From NCBI GenBank assembly GCA_035390665.1, contig DAOOUC010000003.1, forward strand, positions 10,742 through 74,741: a DNA stretch of 64,000 bases, read 5' to 3'. The position numbers and the translations under genes are program-made. The DNA is from an archaeon. Its GTDB lineage: Archaea > Iainarchaeota > Iainarchaeia > Iainarchaeales > CSSED10-239. The notes under the pieces were generated by a model, which ran no database searches, was not told the origin of the DNA, and saw nothing but the letters and a program-made list of their open reading frames with translations. Positions 50,318 through 59,212 of the stretch are shown here, in pieces. Positions within the stretch are counted from its first letter, which is position 1, and each line of letters starts with the position of its first letter.

Positions 50318-51394
50318 TTAAGCAGATGCTAAAGGAATTGCAAGTTCTATTTTTGCTTTATCTAATTCTTTTTTTATTTCTTTGTTAATGGAGTCTTTTA
50401 TTTCCATTTGATCCCAATAGTCTATATTTTTGTTTATCCAGTAAATATAGGTTATATCTAAAGAAAATGTAGAAAATTTATCAAAAAATATATGATATTC
50501 TTCTAAAAGTTCATTTTTCTTTCTTTTACTATTAATAGCATCAAGTATTATTTTTTCAGCTTTAGATACTTGCTCAGATGTAGATTTAGATGATAAAGAT
50601 AATGTTGCAACCACTCTTCTTGCAGGCATTGATTCCATATTTTCTAAACTTCTTCCTGATAGAAAACTATTAGGAACCACGTGAATGGTGCCATCAAATG
50701 ATTTAATTTTTGTTGTTCTTATTCCTATTTCTATTACTGTACCAGATATAAGCCCGTCATTTGCTTTTACCCATTCTCCAACCTTAAATGGTCTTTCTGT
50801 GTAAATTATTAAACCACTAAAAAAGTTTTCAAGTAGTTCTTTAGATGCAAATGCAAGAGCAATACCTCCAATTCCAAGACCTGCAATTAAACCACTAATA
50901 TTAAATCCAAGATTTGAGATAATTAATAATGCCGCAATAATAAAAATAAATATTTTAATTAACATCTTTATTAAAGGCCTTAAATATTCATACCTTTTTA
51001 TTTCTTCATTCTCTTCTGAATATTTCCCTAAATATTTCTCTATAATTACAATTAAGATCTTAATTATAAACCACGCTGCAAGTAACACATACAAACTAAA
51101 TGCTAATTTATCAATTATTATTGCTAATGTCGTGGATGTTCTAAAAACTCTCGCAGCTCCTTTTAATACACCTACAAATATAATGAATAATATTGGTTCT
51201 GGCTTTCTTAAAATTTTAAATAATATCTCATATTTTGTACTTTTTTCTTCTAATTTTTTAAAAATAAAATTAAAAAATGAAGAAATAAGTTTTATGAATA
51301 TAAATCCCAGAACTATGTATATCGAAAACAAAAGATAAGACGCGATAGTATTTCCTAAAAACATATGATCTAAAATTGCAAAACCAGTTATCAT
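50318..51394 (-). CDS. mscS: Small-conductance mechanosensitive channel
   Basis: Three N-terminal TMs then PFKVGEWVKANDGLISGTVIEIGIRTTKIKSFDGTIHVVPNS (MscS beta domain signature). Confidence 0.8.
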   Translation of the reverse strand: MITGFAILDHMFLGNTIASYLLFSIYIVLGFIFIKLISSFFNFIFKKLEEKSTKYEILFKILRKPEPILFIIFVGVLKGAARVFRTSTTLAIIIDKLAFSLYVLLAAWFIIKILIVIIEKYLGKYSEENEEIKRYEYLRPLIKMLIKIFIFIIAALLIISNLGFNISGLIAGLGIGGIALAFASKELLENFFSGLIIYTERPFKVGEWVKANDGLISGTVIEIGIRTTKIKSFDGTIHVVPNSFLSGRSLENMESMPARRVVATLSLSSKSTSEQVSKAEKIILDAINSKRKKNELLEEYHIFFDKFSTFSLDITYIYWINKNIDYWDQMEIKDSINKEIKKELDKAKIELAIPLASA

Positions 51395-51467
51395 ATCTTA
51401 TTCCTCAAATTATATTTATTAAGTATAATATTTTAAATCTATTTAAAATTAGAAAAACATTAAAGAC

Positions 51468-51540
51468 CGCCCCAGGTAGGATTTGAACCTACGACCTATC
51501 GATTAACAGTCGATTGCTCCAACCACTGAGCTACTGAGGC
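51468..51540 (-). tRNA. tRNA-Asn(GUU)
   Basis: GCCUCAG-UA-GCUC-AGUGGUUG-GAGC-A-AUCGA-CUGUUAA-UCGAU-AGGUC-GUAGG-UUCAAAU-CCUAC-CUGGGGC-G. Confidence 0.85.
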
Positions 51541-51644
51541 TTAAATTTACTTATCTATAGAAAATTTATGAAATTGGCTCTATAATATATTTCTGCACAA
51601 AAATGTTTATAAATGATTTGCTTTAAAAGAAAAAAAGTAATAAG

Positions 51645-51672
51645 CCTATGCTACTAATATAGGCTTTTTTGG
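51645..51672 (-). terminator. Perfect 8-bp hairpin (AAGCCUAU/AUAGGCUU) enclosing the TAG stop of ORF 51646-52206, followed by a U-run
   Basis: aagcctat-gctactaat-ataggctt. Transcribed strand continues AUUACUUUUUUUC. Confidence 0.4.
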
Positions 51673-52206
51673 TTTTTGTGGGGTTGTTGTTTCTTCTATA
51701 ATTTTTTGTTTAACTAATGTAACTTCTTTAACCCCTTCTGGTGTAATTATTGCACCCACAGGCATATCTGCAATAACTTTAAAAGTAATCTTTACTTCAC
51801 CATCAGCTACACCTTTTATTAAAACACCACTAACGGCATGTATTTCGTCTCTTGCTATAGAAATATGGAAATCTCCCATATATTCATTGTCTCTTATTTT
51901 TGTAAAATCTCCAGAAACGCTTTTTATTATACAACTTTCATCATATTCTCTTTGTTTAAGTGTTCCTGTTCTTGTTGTTGCAACTTTTACATTTCTTAAT
52001 TTTCCAGAAGCATCAACTAAACTTGCTTTTTTTATATTATTTTGCAAGAATGCTTTCTCAACACAATCAACTACTTCGTCTCCATCATCTAAGATAACAT
52101 CTAACATAGTATTGTTTGTTTCTGCAGTATCTGCAACTCTACTTTTTATCATAATTTTATCACATTTTTTATTTAGAACTATTGATATAAATATATATAC
52201 CAACAA
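51646..52206 (-). CDS. PPC/DUF296-like small protein (probable start at an internal Met)
   Basis: REYDESCIIKSVSGDF...GDFHISIARDEIHAVSGVLIKGVADGEVKI resembles the PCC/DUF296 beta-barrel motif (...EI.SLSG....HLH.s...G...GGHL). Confidence 0.35.
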   Translation of the reverse strand: MLVYIFISIVLNKKCDKIMIKSRVADTAETNNTMLDVILDDGDEVVDCVEKAFLQNNIKKASLVDASGKLRNVKVATTRTGTLKQREYDESCIIKSVSGDFTKIRDNEYMGDFHISIARDEIHAVSGVLIKGVADGEVKITFKVIADMPVGAIITPEGVKEVTLVKQKIIEETTTPQKPKKPILVA

Positions 52207-53130
52207 TTAATTTATAAAGCTAATTATATTCTTTTTTTCTGTTATTCTTGTAATAATTTCTTTATATATCGGGGCATATGGTACGACTTTAATTTTGTTG
52301 GATATCTTGCTTTTAGGAGATGAAAAGATATATATTTCTTTTATTATTGAATCATTTAATCTTTCCACCGCTCCTTCGCTTAATAATCCATGAGTGGCTA
52401 TGACATATATATTCTTTGCTCCTTTTAATGCCAAGAAATTTGAAAATCTAACAATTAATTCTCCGCTTGCTATTCTATTCCCAACTAATAAAATATCCTT
52501 CTCGTTAACAGATTTATTTATTTCAAATCCATTATCATTATTTTCATCAATTTTTGTGGTGTATACAAAATCACAACCAATTACTTTTGATATATCAACG
52601 GCTCTATCTCGCAATTCATAATCTAATGTTGTAACTACTAAATTTTTATTAGATTTAAATTTTTGTTCCAAAATATATGAAAATACTTTCTTTATATTAA
52701 TATTATATACTGGAATTTTAAATGCATTAATCAATTGAGGAGAATAAATATCAAAAGTATAAATTGATGTTACTCCTGCTATTTGAAATTGTCTAACAAT
52801 TAAATTAAAATTAATTTTATTTACCTGATCATCTAAAATTCTAGTATAGGGCAAATACGGTAAAATCAAATGTACTCCTCGTGCTCCATTTTTTATTAAA
52901 GTGTCAGATATCAAATAAATTTCCATAAGTGAATCATTTACTGGCGTAGTAATATTATATATCAAGAAAGCATCTTTATTCTGTACATGGCTTTTTATAT
53001 CCACTAATGTTTCAGAATCATTTATTTTTTTAACATCCATGTGCCCTAATAAAATGTTGGTTTCAGAAGAAATGGTATTTGCCAAAGATAAGTCTTTATT
53101 TGGCGCAAATATTATATATTCTTCATTCAT
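52207..53130 (-). CDS. prs: Ribose-phosphate pyrophosphokinase (PRPP synthetase)
   Basis: NDSETLVDIKSHVQNKDAFLIYNITTPVNDSLMEIYLISDTLIKNGARGVHLILPYLPYTRILD parallels Prs ...DGEI.V.I.ESVRGKDVFIIQST.PVND.LMELL...DA.KRASA.RITAVIPYFGYARQD. Confidence 0.7.
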   Translation of the reverse strand: MNEEYIIFAPNKDLSLANTISSETNILLGHMDVKKINDSETLVDIKSHVQNKDAFLIYNITTPVNDSLMEIYLISDTLIKNGARGVHLILPYLPYTRILDDQVNKINFNLIVRQFQIAGVTSIYTFDIYSPQLINAFKIPVYNINIKKVFSYILEQKFKSNKNLVVTTLDYELRDRAVDISKVIGCDFVYTTKIDENNDNGFEINKSVNEKDILLVGNRIASGELIVRFSNFLALKGAKNIYVIATHGLLSEGAVERLNDSIIKEIYIFSSPKSKISNKIKVVPYAPIYKEIITRITEKKNIISFIN

Positions 53131-53235
53131 AACTAATGTAGATATTAATATTTTAAAAAATAATGTTTTTTTCTCAAATTCACAAAAAAAATACCCCTTT
53201 GTTTTTATATTCTTGTTTTTTCTTAAAATATTATA

Positions 53236-54966
53236 ATGTATTTAAAACTTAAAGAAAATAGTATAGACAAAGATTTATTTTATAACTGTTATAAAAATTT
53301 TGATAAAAAAGAGTTAGTTGTATTTAATTGTAAAAACTGTAATGATGCCCCTTGTATTTTAGCTTGCCCGCAAAAAGCTATATCTAAACAAAAAAATGGA
53401 ATTGTTTTTATTGATTCAAAAAAATGTATTGGCTGTAAAAGTTGTGTGTTTGCTTGTCCAGAAAATGCAATTATTTTTAAGAATAATAAAGCTACAAAAT
53501 GTGATTTATGTTTAAATAATTCATTTATCATGCCATGTTATTATGCTAATAGAGATGTATTAGAATTCTGTGAAAATTTAGATTCTGAAACACACACAAT
53601 AATCTTAGAAAAATATTTAGGATATATAATTACAAAGGAAAAAATAATCCAAACCCTATCGTTAGATGGAAAGGTTATAAAAACAGATAATAAAACAATG
53701 TATTTACTTAAATATCAACAGTTATCCAATGATGAAATAAAAGTTATTAATGAAATACTTGATTCTTATAAATTCAAAACCGAAGAATATAATCAAAATA
53801 TTAAATTAAATCTAGAAACAGAACTAATAGAATATTGTTATAAAAACAATATAGAATTAGATAAAGACCAATTCTCTTATTTAATTGATCTTGCCATAAA
53901 TAATTTATTTGAATTCGGGCCATTAACACATTTACTTAATGATTTTAATCTGGAAGAAATTGCAATAATTGGGATAAATCTCCCTGTATTTGTATATCAT
54001 AGAATTTATGGCTGGCTAGAAACTAATTTAAAATATATTTCTGAACAAAAATTAAAGGATATAATAAATAAATTAGGTTGGAATACAAACAAATATATTA
54101 CATTGAAGAATCCAATAATGGATGCAACTTTAAAAGATCACACTCGACTTAATGCTATAATTTCTCCAATAACAGAAAGTGTTTGTTTAACCATTAGAAA
54201 ATTTTCAGAAAGACCAATATCTATTTTTGATTTATTAAAATATAAAACTATCTCATCTAAAGCTCTTGCTTTTCTTAAATTAGCATTTTTAACTGACGCT
54301 AATATTTTTGTTGTTGGTAATACTGGTTCTGGTAAAACTACTACTTTAAATGCATTATTGGATTTTATACCAAAAGAGGAGCGCCTTATTCTTGTTGAAG
54401 AAGTTCAGGAAATTAATGTTACACATCCACACAAGGTGTCAATTTTAGTAAATAAAGAATTGGGAATTACTATGGAAAATCTAATAATAAATACACTTAG
54501 AATGAGACCAGATAAGGTCGTGATTGGAGAAGTAAGATCTAGAGAAGAATCAAATGCATTAATTGATTCTTTACTTTGTGGTCAAGCTAAAGGGACATAT
54601 ACAACTTTTCATGCACAATCTGCAAAAGATGCAACCTTGAGGTTTCTTTCTTATGGGATTTTAGAAAATGATATTACTGCAATAGATCTAATCATAACTC
54701 AAAGAAGATATAACGAATATATTAATGACAGCAATTTTAAGGATAAAAGAAAAATATTTGAAATCTCTGAAATATTTTATGAGAATAATAAACTAAAAAT
54801 CAATAAAATATTTGAATATTGCCCAGATAAAAAAGAATTATTATTTAAAAACTACCCAAATAAACTAATGCAAAAATTTCAACTTGCTTTTGGGATAAAA
54901 ACCAAAAAACAATTATTGGAATTAATAGATATAGAAGAAAAGAGAATTCTATCTAAAAAAATTTGA
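53236..54966 (+). CDS. Type II/IV secretion-family ATPase (TadA/CpaF/VirB11-like) with N-terminal di-cluster [4Fe-4S] ferredoxin domain
   Basis: N-term CKNCNDAPCILACP and CIGCKSCVFACP. Walker A VVGNTGSGKTTTLNALL. Asp/His boxes RMRPDKVVIGEVRSREE...GQAKGTYTTFHAQSAKDA. Confidence 0.75.
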   Translation: MYLKLKENSIDKDLFYNCYKNFDKKELVVFNCKNCNDAPCILACPQKAISKQKNGIVFIDSKKCIGCKSCVFACPENAIIFKNNKATKCDLCLNNSFIMPCYYANRDVLEFCENLDSETHTIILEKYLGYIITKEKIIQTLSLDGKVIKTDNKTMYLLKYQQLSNDEIKVINEILDSYKFKTEEYNQNIKLNLETELIEYCYKNNIELDKDQFSYLIDLAINNLFEFGPLTHLLNDFNLEEIAIIGINLPVFVYHRIYGWLETNLKYISEQKLKDIINKLGWNTNKYITLKNPIMDATLKDHTRLNAIISPITESVCLTIRKFSERPISIFDLLKYKTISSKALAFLKLAFLTDANIFVVGNTGSGKTTTLNALLDFIPKEERLILVEEVQEINVTHPHKVSILVNKELGITMENLIINTLRMRPDKVVIGEVRSREESNALIDSLLCGQAKGTYTTFHAQSAKDATLRFLSYGILENDITAIDLIITQRRYNEYINDSNFKDKRKIFEISEIFYENNKLKINKIFEYCPDKKELLFKNYPNKLMQKFQLAFGIKTKKQLLELIDIEEKRILSKKI

Positions 54967-54972
54967 ATAATT

Positions 54973-55686
54973 ATGTTGTCTAATAACATTAAAATGCTTT
55001 TGATTTTAGGGTTAGTAATAACTATATTATTTTTATTATTAAATTTCATATATCCTTTAGATTTAATATTCTTAATTTATATTGAATTCATTTTTGTTGT
55101 TATTTATTATTCGGTTTGGTTTTTTATAAAACGGATAAAAGAACAAGATGAGAAAACAAGATTGTTAAGAGAACTTCCTTTTTTTCTTAATAGTCTTGCT
55201 AGTGATCTAGATAAAAATATACCTTTAAAATTATCTTTAGAAAATCAAGCTAAAAGAAATACTTTGATTGGAACAAAAGTCAGTTTAGCACTGTTTCTTG
55301 TTTCAAATAAAGGATATACTTTACAATCAGCATTAGAAAATATATCTAAAAATAATATTGAATTAGAGCGAGTAATTTATCAAATAATAGACATTTTACA
55401 TAGTGGGACTAAAAATAAATCAGAAGTTTTTAGAATATTAGCTAATAATTTTCTAGAGCAACAAAGCACGGCCACGAAAAATTATTCCACCAAATTAAGT
55501 TTCTTATCTTTAGTCTTTGTTGTTGTGTCCGCAATTGTCCCCGCTTTATTTTTAATGTTTTTCTTAGTTGGCAGTAATTTTTTTGAGATTGAAATTTCGG
55601 TGGTTGGCATTATTTTAATAACAATAATTTTATTTCCAATCATTGATATGTTCATATTATTATTTATGAGAGCAAATCTTGTTTAG
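54973..55686 (+). CDS. TadB/TadC-like (T2SS-F domain) pilus platform membrane protein, first of a split pair
   Basis: N-terminal TMs, cytoplasmic helical domain RELPFFLNSLASDLDKNIPLKLSLE..., two C-terminal TMs. Confidence 0.55.
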   Translation: MLSNNIKMLLILGLVITILFLLLNFIYPLDLIFLIYIEFIFVVIYYSVWFFIKRIKEQDEKTRLLRELPFFLNSLASDLDKNIPLKLSLENQAKRNTLIGTKVSLALFLVSNKGYTLQSALENISKNNIELERVIYQIIDILHSGTKNKSEVFRILANNFLEQQSTATKNYSTKLSFLSLVFVVVSAIVPALFLMFFLVGSNFFEIEISVVGIILITIILFPIIDMFILLFMRANLV

Positions 55687-55698
55687 GGGCAATAAACA

Positions 55699-56517
55699 AT
55701 GAAAAAATATTTAATTATTATTTTTAATATTTTATCTATCTTTGTTTTTATTATCTATAAAATTAATATTTTCCTTTCTTTAATTTTTTTAATTGTTGGT
55801 AATATTATAATTATTTTATTAAATAAATTATATTGTAAATATATTATAGATCTTGAGCGAAAAAAAATAGAATATGCACTTTTAGATGAAATTTTAGTAT
55901 TATCAAGTCAACCAAGAATTAATGACCTTAATCAATTACTTACAAAATTGTCTCATTCCAATAACAAACTAATATCTAAAGAATTTAGAATAATTCTTCA
56001 TAAAATTGAAGAAGGACATAGTGTTAAAGATGTACTTTTTGTATTTTCAAAAAAATATAACTCTGAAATATTAGATCGCTTTCTTGATTTATTATATGGA
56101 TCTATTACCACTGGTACTACATCTGTTGTTGATTATCGTTCTTTTGCCAATAATTTTTTAAAGTCTAAGCAATTAATTGACGAAAGAAATTCAGTTCTTT
56201 TAATTCAAAAATATACTATTATTTTTGCAGGGTGTTTTATTGTACCAGGAATATTAGGAATTGTAATTTCTTTAGTTAACAAATTAATTGGAAACTTAGA
56301 TTTTTCATTAATTGATGCCTCAACCAAATTAGCAAGTAATACAATGTTATTTTCTACTTGTTATTATTGTTCTATTATTTATATTATAGAATATGTATTC
56401 ATTTCTTCAATTTATTTAAGCATGTTAGAATCAGATATTAAAAAAACTATAATTTATATTATTTTCTTAATGCCAATTTCTATAATTATATTTTTTTTAA
56501 GTTCTATTCTTATTTAA
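55699..56517 (+). CDS. TadC-like (T2SS-F domain) pilus platform membrane protein, second of the pair
   Basis: Same architecture: ALLDEILVLSSQPR...FRIILHKIEEGHSVKDVL... then TMs. Confidence 0.55.
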   Translation: MKKYLIIIFNILSIFVFIIYKINIFLSLIFLIVGNIIIILLNKLYCKYIIDLERKKIEYALLDEILVLSSQPRINDLNQLLTKLSHSNNKLISKEFRIILHKIEEGHSVKDVLFVFSKKYNSEILDRFLDLLYGSITTGTTSVVDYRSFANNFLKSKQLIDERNSVLLIQKYTIIFAGCFIVPGILGIVISLVNKLIGNLDFSLIDASTKLASNTMLFSTCYYCSIIYIIEYVFISSIYLSMLESDIKKTIIYIIFLMPISIIIFFLSSILI

Positions 56518-56556
56518 AAGCATTTTGTTATATAATTTTTTAAATAGGAACTTGAA

Positions 56557-57156
56557 ATGATTGAGAATATATTTGCATATTTTTTAAATAATTTAAATTA
56601 TTTTACAATTGCTTTATTAATGACAATAGAAAGTTCATTTATTCCTTTTCCTTCAGAAGTTGTTATGATTCCTGCAGGGTTTTTAGCTTATCAAGGTAAA
56701 TTAAATATATTTCTAGCAATTTTTTCAGGGATTATTGGTTCTTTACTTGGCGCACTTATTAATTACTATATTGGATTGAAATTAGGGCGTAAATTAATTA
56801 CCAAAAATAAGAAATTTCTTTTTATTAATATTAAACATCTTGACTGGTCTGAAAAATATTTCAAGAAACACGGGGGTAAAACTACTTTTTTTTGTAGATT
56901 GATTCCTGCTGTAAGGCAATATATTTCAATACCTGCGGGTTTTGCAAAGATGGATATTAAACAATTTATTATTTTTACATCTCTAGGCGCAGGAATTTGG
57001 GTTATTTTCTTAACTTTTTTAGGATATTTTCTTGGATTGTCTGTTGCTCAAAATGTTGCACATATTTTTAATTATATAATGTATGGTCTATTAGGGATAA
57101 TTGTTTTAGTGTTTGGTATTATAATAGCCTATAAGTTCATAATTAGAAAACATTAA
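56557..57156 (+). CDS. DedA-family membrane protein
   Basis: ESSFIPFPSEVVMIPAGFLA and the GxxxV/RLIPAVR re-entrant motif typical of DedA/Tvp38. Confidence 0.7.
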   Translation: MIENIFAYFLNNLNYFTIALLMTIESSFIPFPSEVVMIPAGFLAYQGKLNIFLAIFSGIIGSLLGALINYYIGLKLGRKLITKNKKFLFINIKHLDWSEKYFKKHGGKTTFFCRLIPAVRQYISIPAGFAKMDIKQFIIFTSLGAGIWVIFLTFLGYFLGLSVAQNVAHIFNYIMYGLLGIIVLVFGIIIAYKFIIRKH

Positions 57157-57206
57157 GATATATAAACATTTTGTAGATTAATTATAATATAGTTTAATCG
57201 ATTTTT

Positions 57207-57278
57207 GCCCTAGTAGTCTATCGGTTAGGATGCAACCCTGTCGAGGTTGCGGGACGGGTCCGACTCCCGTCTAGGGCG
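57207..57278 (+). tRNA. tRNA-Asp(GUC)
   Basis: GCCCUAG-UA-GUCU-AUCGGUUA-GGAU-G-CAACC-CUGUCGA-GGUUG-CGGG-ACGGG-UCCGACU-CCCGU-CUAGGGC-G. Confidence 0.88.
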
Positions 57279-57296
57279 TTTTATTCTATTTTTAAT

Positions 57297-58115
57297 TTAT
57301 AACAAACTAATTGTTAATAAGTCCCTTAGTCCTGTTAAGAAACCTAAGATTATTATCAATAGTTTAATATAAACCCTTTCTTCTGATTCTTTAATTAATC
57401 TGTCAACAACAATTATAAATACTAAAATAAAAAATATTTTTATAATAGGGTATAGAATTGGAAAAAAACTAATAACTACTCGCGAAATCGGATGTTGCTC
57501 ATAAAGTAAATTACTAAAAAAGAACATCCCAGACAAAGTTGCTGAAAAATCAGTTATTTGGCTTAAAAATAATAATTTATTTTCTAATTGATTAAATATC
57601 TTTATGTTTAATCTATTAAAAATCCACGAAAAGATAAAAAATATTATAATTATTGTAAAAATCGTAATCGTTAAAACGAAAATATTTTTAATATGTATAA
57701 TCTCATAAATAAACAAGGGTAAACACAAAAAAATCCCAAAAAAAATTAACCAATTATAATATTTTGACTTATTTTTTGATAAATAAATAGACAACATAAA
57801 GAAAAAAATAAATAAAAAAGCAACAAGTAATAACCATCCTGGTGTGTGGAAATAGAAACCTAAATCTAAAGGGGAATTAGATGGAGTTATTAACCACACA
57901 CCTGTGTATTCTTGTTCAAGTATTCTTAAAAGAGAACCTAAACAAACAAATGGAATAACTGAATAAACAAAATGCTTATTTATTACAATAAATGGAAATT
58001 TCCATTTAATTATTTTATAAAACCAAAAATATCCTATACAAACCACTAGTGTATAAATTGTTGAATTAATTAAATTATATCCATTTAAAAAAACACTATT
58101 TAAAATATGCTCCAT
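57297..58115 (-). CDS. Polytopic membrane protein, hypothetical
   Basis: About 8 hydrophobic helices. No A24 prepilin-peptidase GxGD motif seen. Confidence 0.3.
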   Translation of the reverse strand: MEHILNSVFLNGYNLINSTIYTLVVCIGYFWFYKIIKWKFPFIVINKHFVYSVIPFVCLGSLLRILEQEYTGVWLITPSNSPLDLGFYFHTPGWLLLVAFLFIFFFMLSIYLSKNKSKYYNWLIFFGIFLCLPLFIYEIIHIKNIFVLTITIFTIIIIFFIFSWIFNRLNIKIFNQLENKLLFLSQITDFSATLSGMFFFSNLLYEQHPISRVVISFFPILYPIIKIFFILVFIIVVDRLIKESEERVYIKLLIIILGFLTGLRDLLTISLL

Positions 58116-58179
58116 TTAAATTAATTTATATTTTTAATTATATATAAAATTAGAGTATAATATTTTTTGTGAAATTGTT

Positions 58180-59208
58180 ATGTTTGCTATAAAAATTGAA
58201 AAAAGTAAGGCACAAGAGATTATTGCTAAGCTTAAAGAAGAAAAAAATATAGATAACAATTATAAGATTAAAAGAGATGAATCTTCTGTAATTCTGCCTG
58301 TATTAAAGATTACTCCAGACATTAAAATATTTGAGACACAAGAAGAAAAACTTGAAATCCAAAAACAAGTAAAAAAAGGATATAAAGATATATTACTTGA
58401 GAAAGGATTAGATAAAGACATAGTTTCTAAAATAAATAGTGCTTATGATATTGTTGGAGATATAATTGTTATTGGTATAGATAAAGAATATACTTCTTAT
58501 TATCCTGAAATTGGAGAAGCACTCTTAGAATTGCATCCTAATATTAAAACCGTTCTTAATAAAATTGGAGAACATAAAGGCATATATAGAACACAAGATA
58601 TGGAACTTGTGTTTGGAAAAGATACAAGAGAAACTATAATTAAAGAAAATGGTTGTAGAATTAAGATTGATGTGGAAAAAGTATTTTGTTCCACAAGGCT
58701 TTCAGAAGAAAGAAGAAGAATTGTGGATTTAGTTGAACCCGAAGAAACAATTGGTGTTTTCTTTGCAGGTGCTGGTCCTTTTGCCCTTGCTATTGCTAAA
58801 AATAAAGAAGTTAAAGAAATAATTGCTATTGAACTTAATGATTTAGCAGTTAAATATTTAATTGAAAATATTAAATTAAATCATACAGAAGAAAAGATAA
58901 AACCAATCTTAGGCAATGTAAAGATTGAGGCTAAAAAATATCCTAATTATTTTGATAGAGTAATAATGCCACTTCCTAAATCTGCAGAATTATTTTTAGA
59001 TTCGGCTATTTTTTCTTGTAAATCTGGAGGATATATCCATCTTTATAAATTTGTAAGTAAAGATGATCCATATACAGAAACAGAAAAAGAAATTGAAGAG
59101 ATTGCAAAAACAAATAGAGTTAATCTAGAAATAGTAGGAAAAAGAATAATTAGAAGTTATTCTCCTTCTATTGTTCAAATTGTTGTTGATTTAAGAGTTA
59201 GAAAATAA
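58180..59208 (+). CDS. trm5: tRNA (m1G37) methyltransferase Trm5 / Taw2-like
   Basis: VGVFFAGAGPFALAIAK (Trm5 SAM motif DLFAGIGPFAI), PLP/PKS region MPLPKSAELF. Confidence 0.6.
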   Translation: MFAIKIEKSKAQEIIAKLKEEKNIDNNYKIKRDESSVILPVLKITPDIKIFETQEEKLEIQKQVKKGYKDILLEKGLDKDIVSKINSAYDIVGDIIVIGIDKEYTSYYPEIGEALLELHPNIKTVLNKIGEHKGIYRTQDMELVFGKDTRETIIKENGCRIKIDVEKVFCSTRLSEERRRIVDLVEPEETIGVFFAGAGPFALAIAKNKEVKEIIAIELNDLAVKYLIENIKLNHTEEKIKPILGNVKIEAKKYPNYFDRVIMPLPKSAELFLDSAIFSCKSGGYIHLYKFVSKDDPYTETEKEIEEIAKTNRVNLEIVGKRIIRSYSPSIVQIVVDLRVRK

Positions 59209-59212
59209 AAAA

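Noticed and set aside
57297-58115. Prepilin peptidase (A24) for the class III signal peptides
   Set aside because: The polytopic protein has no recognisable D...GxGD catalytic motifs. Left as a hypothetical membrane protein.
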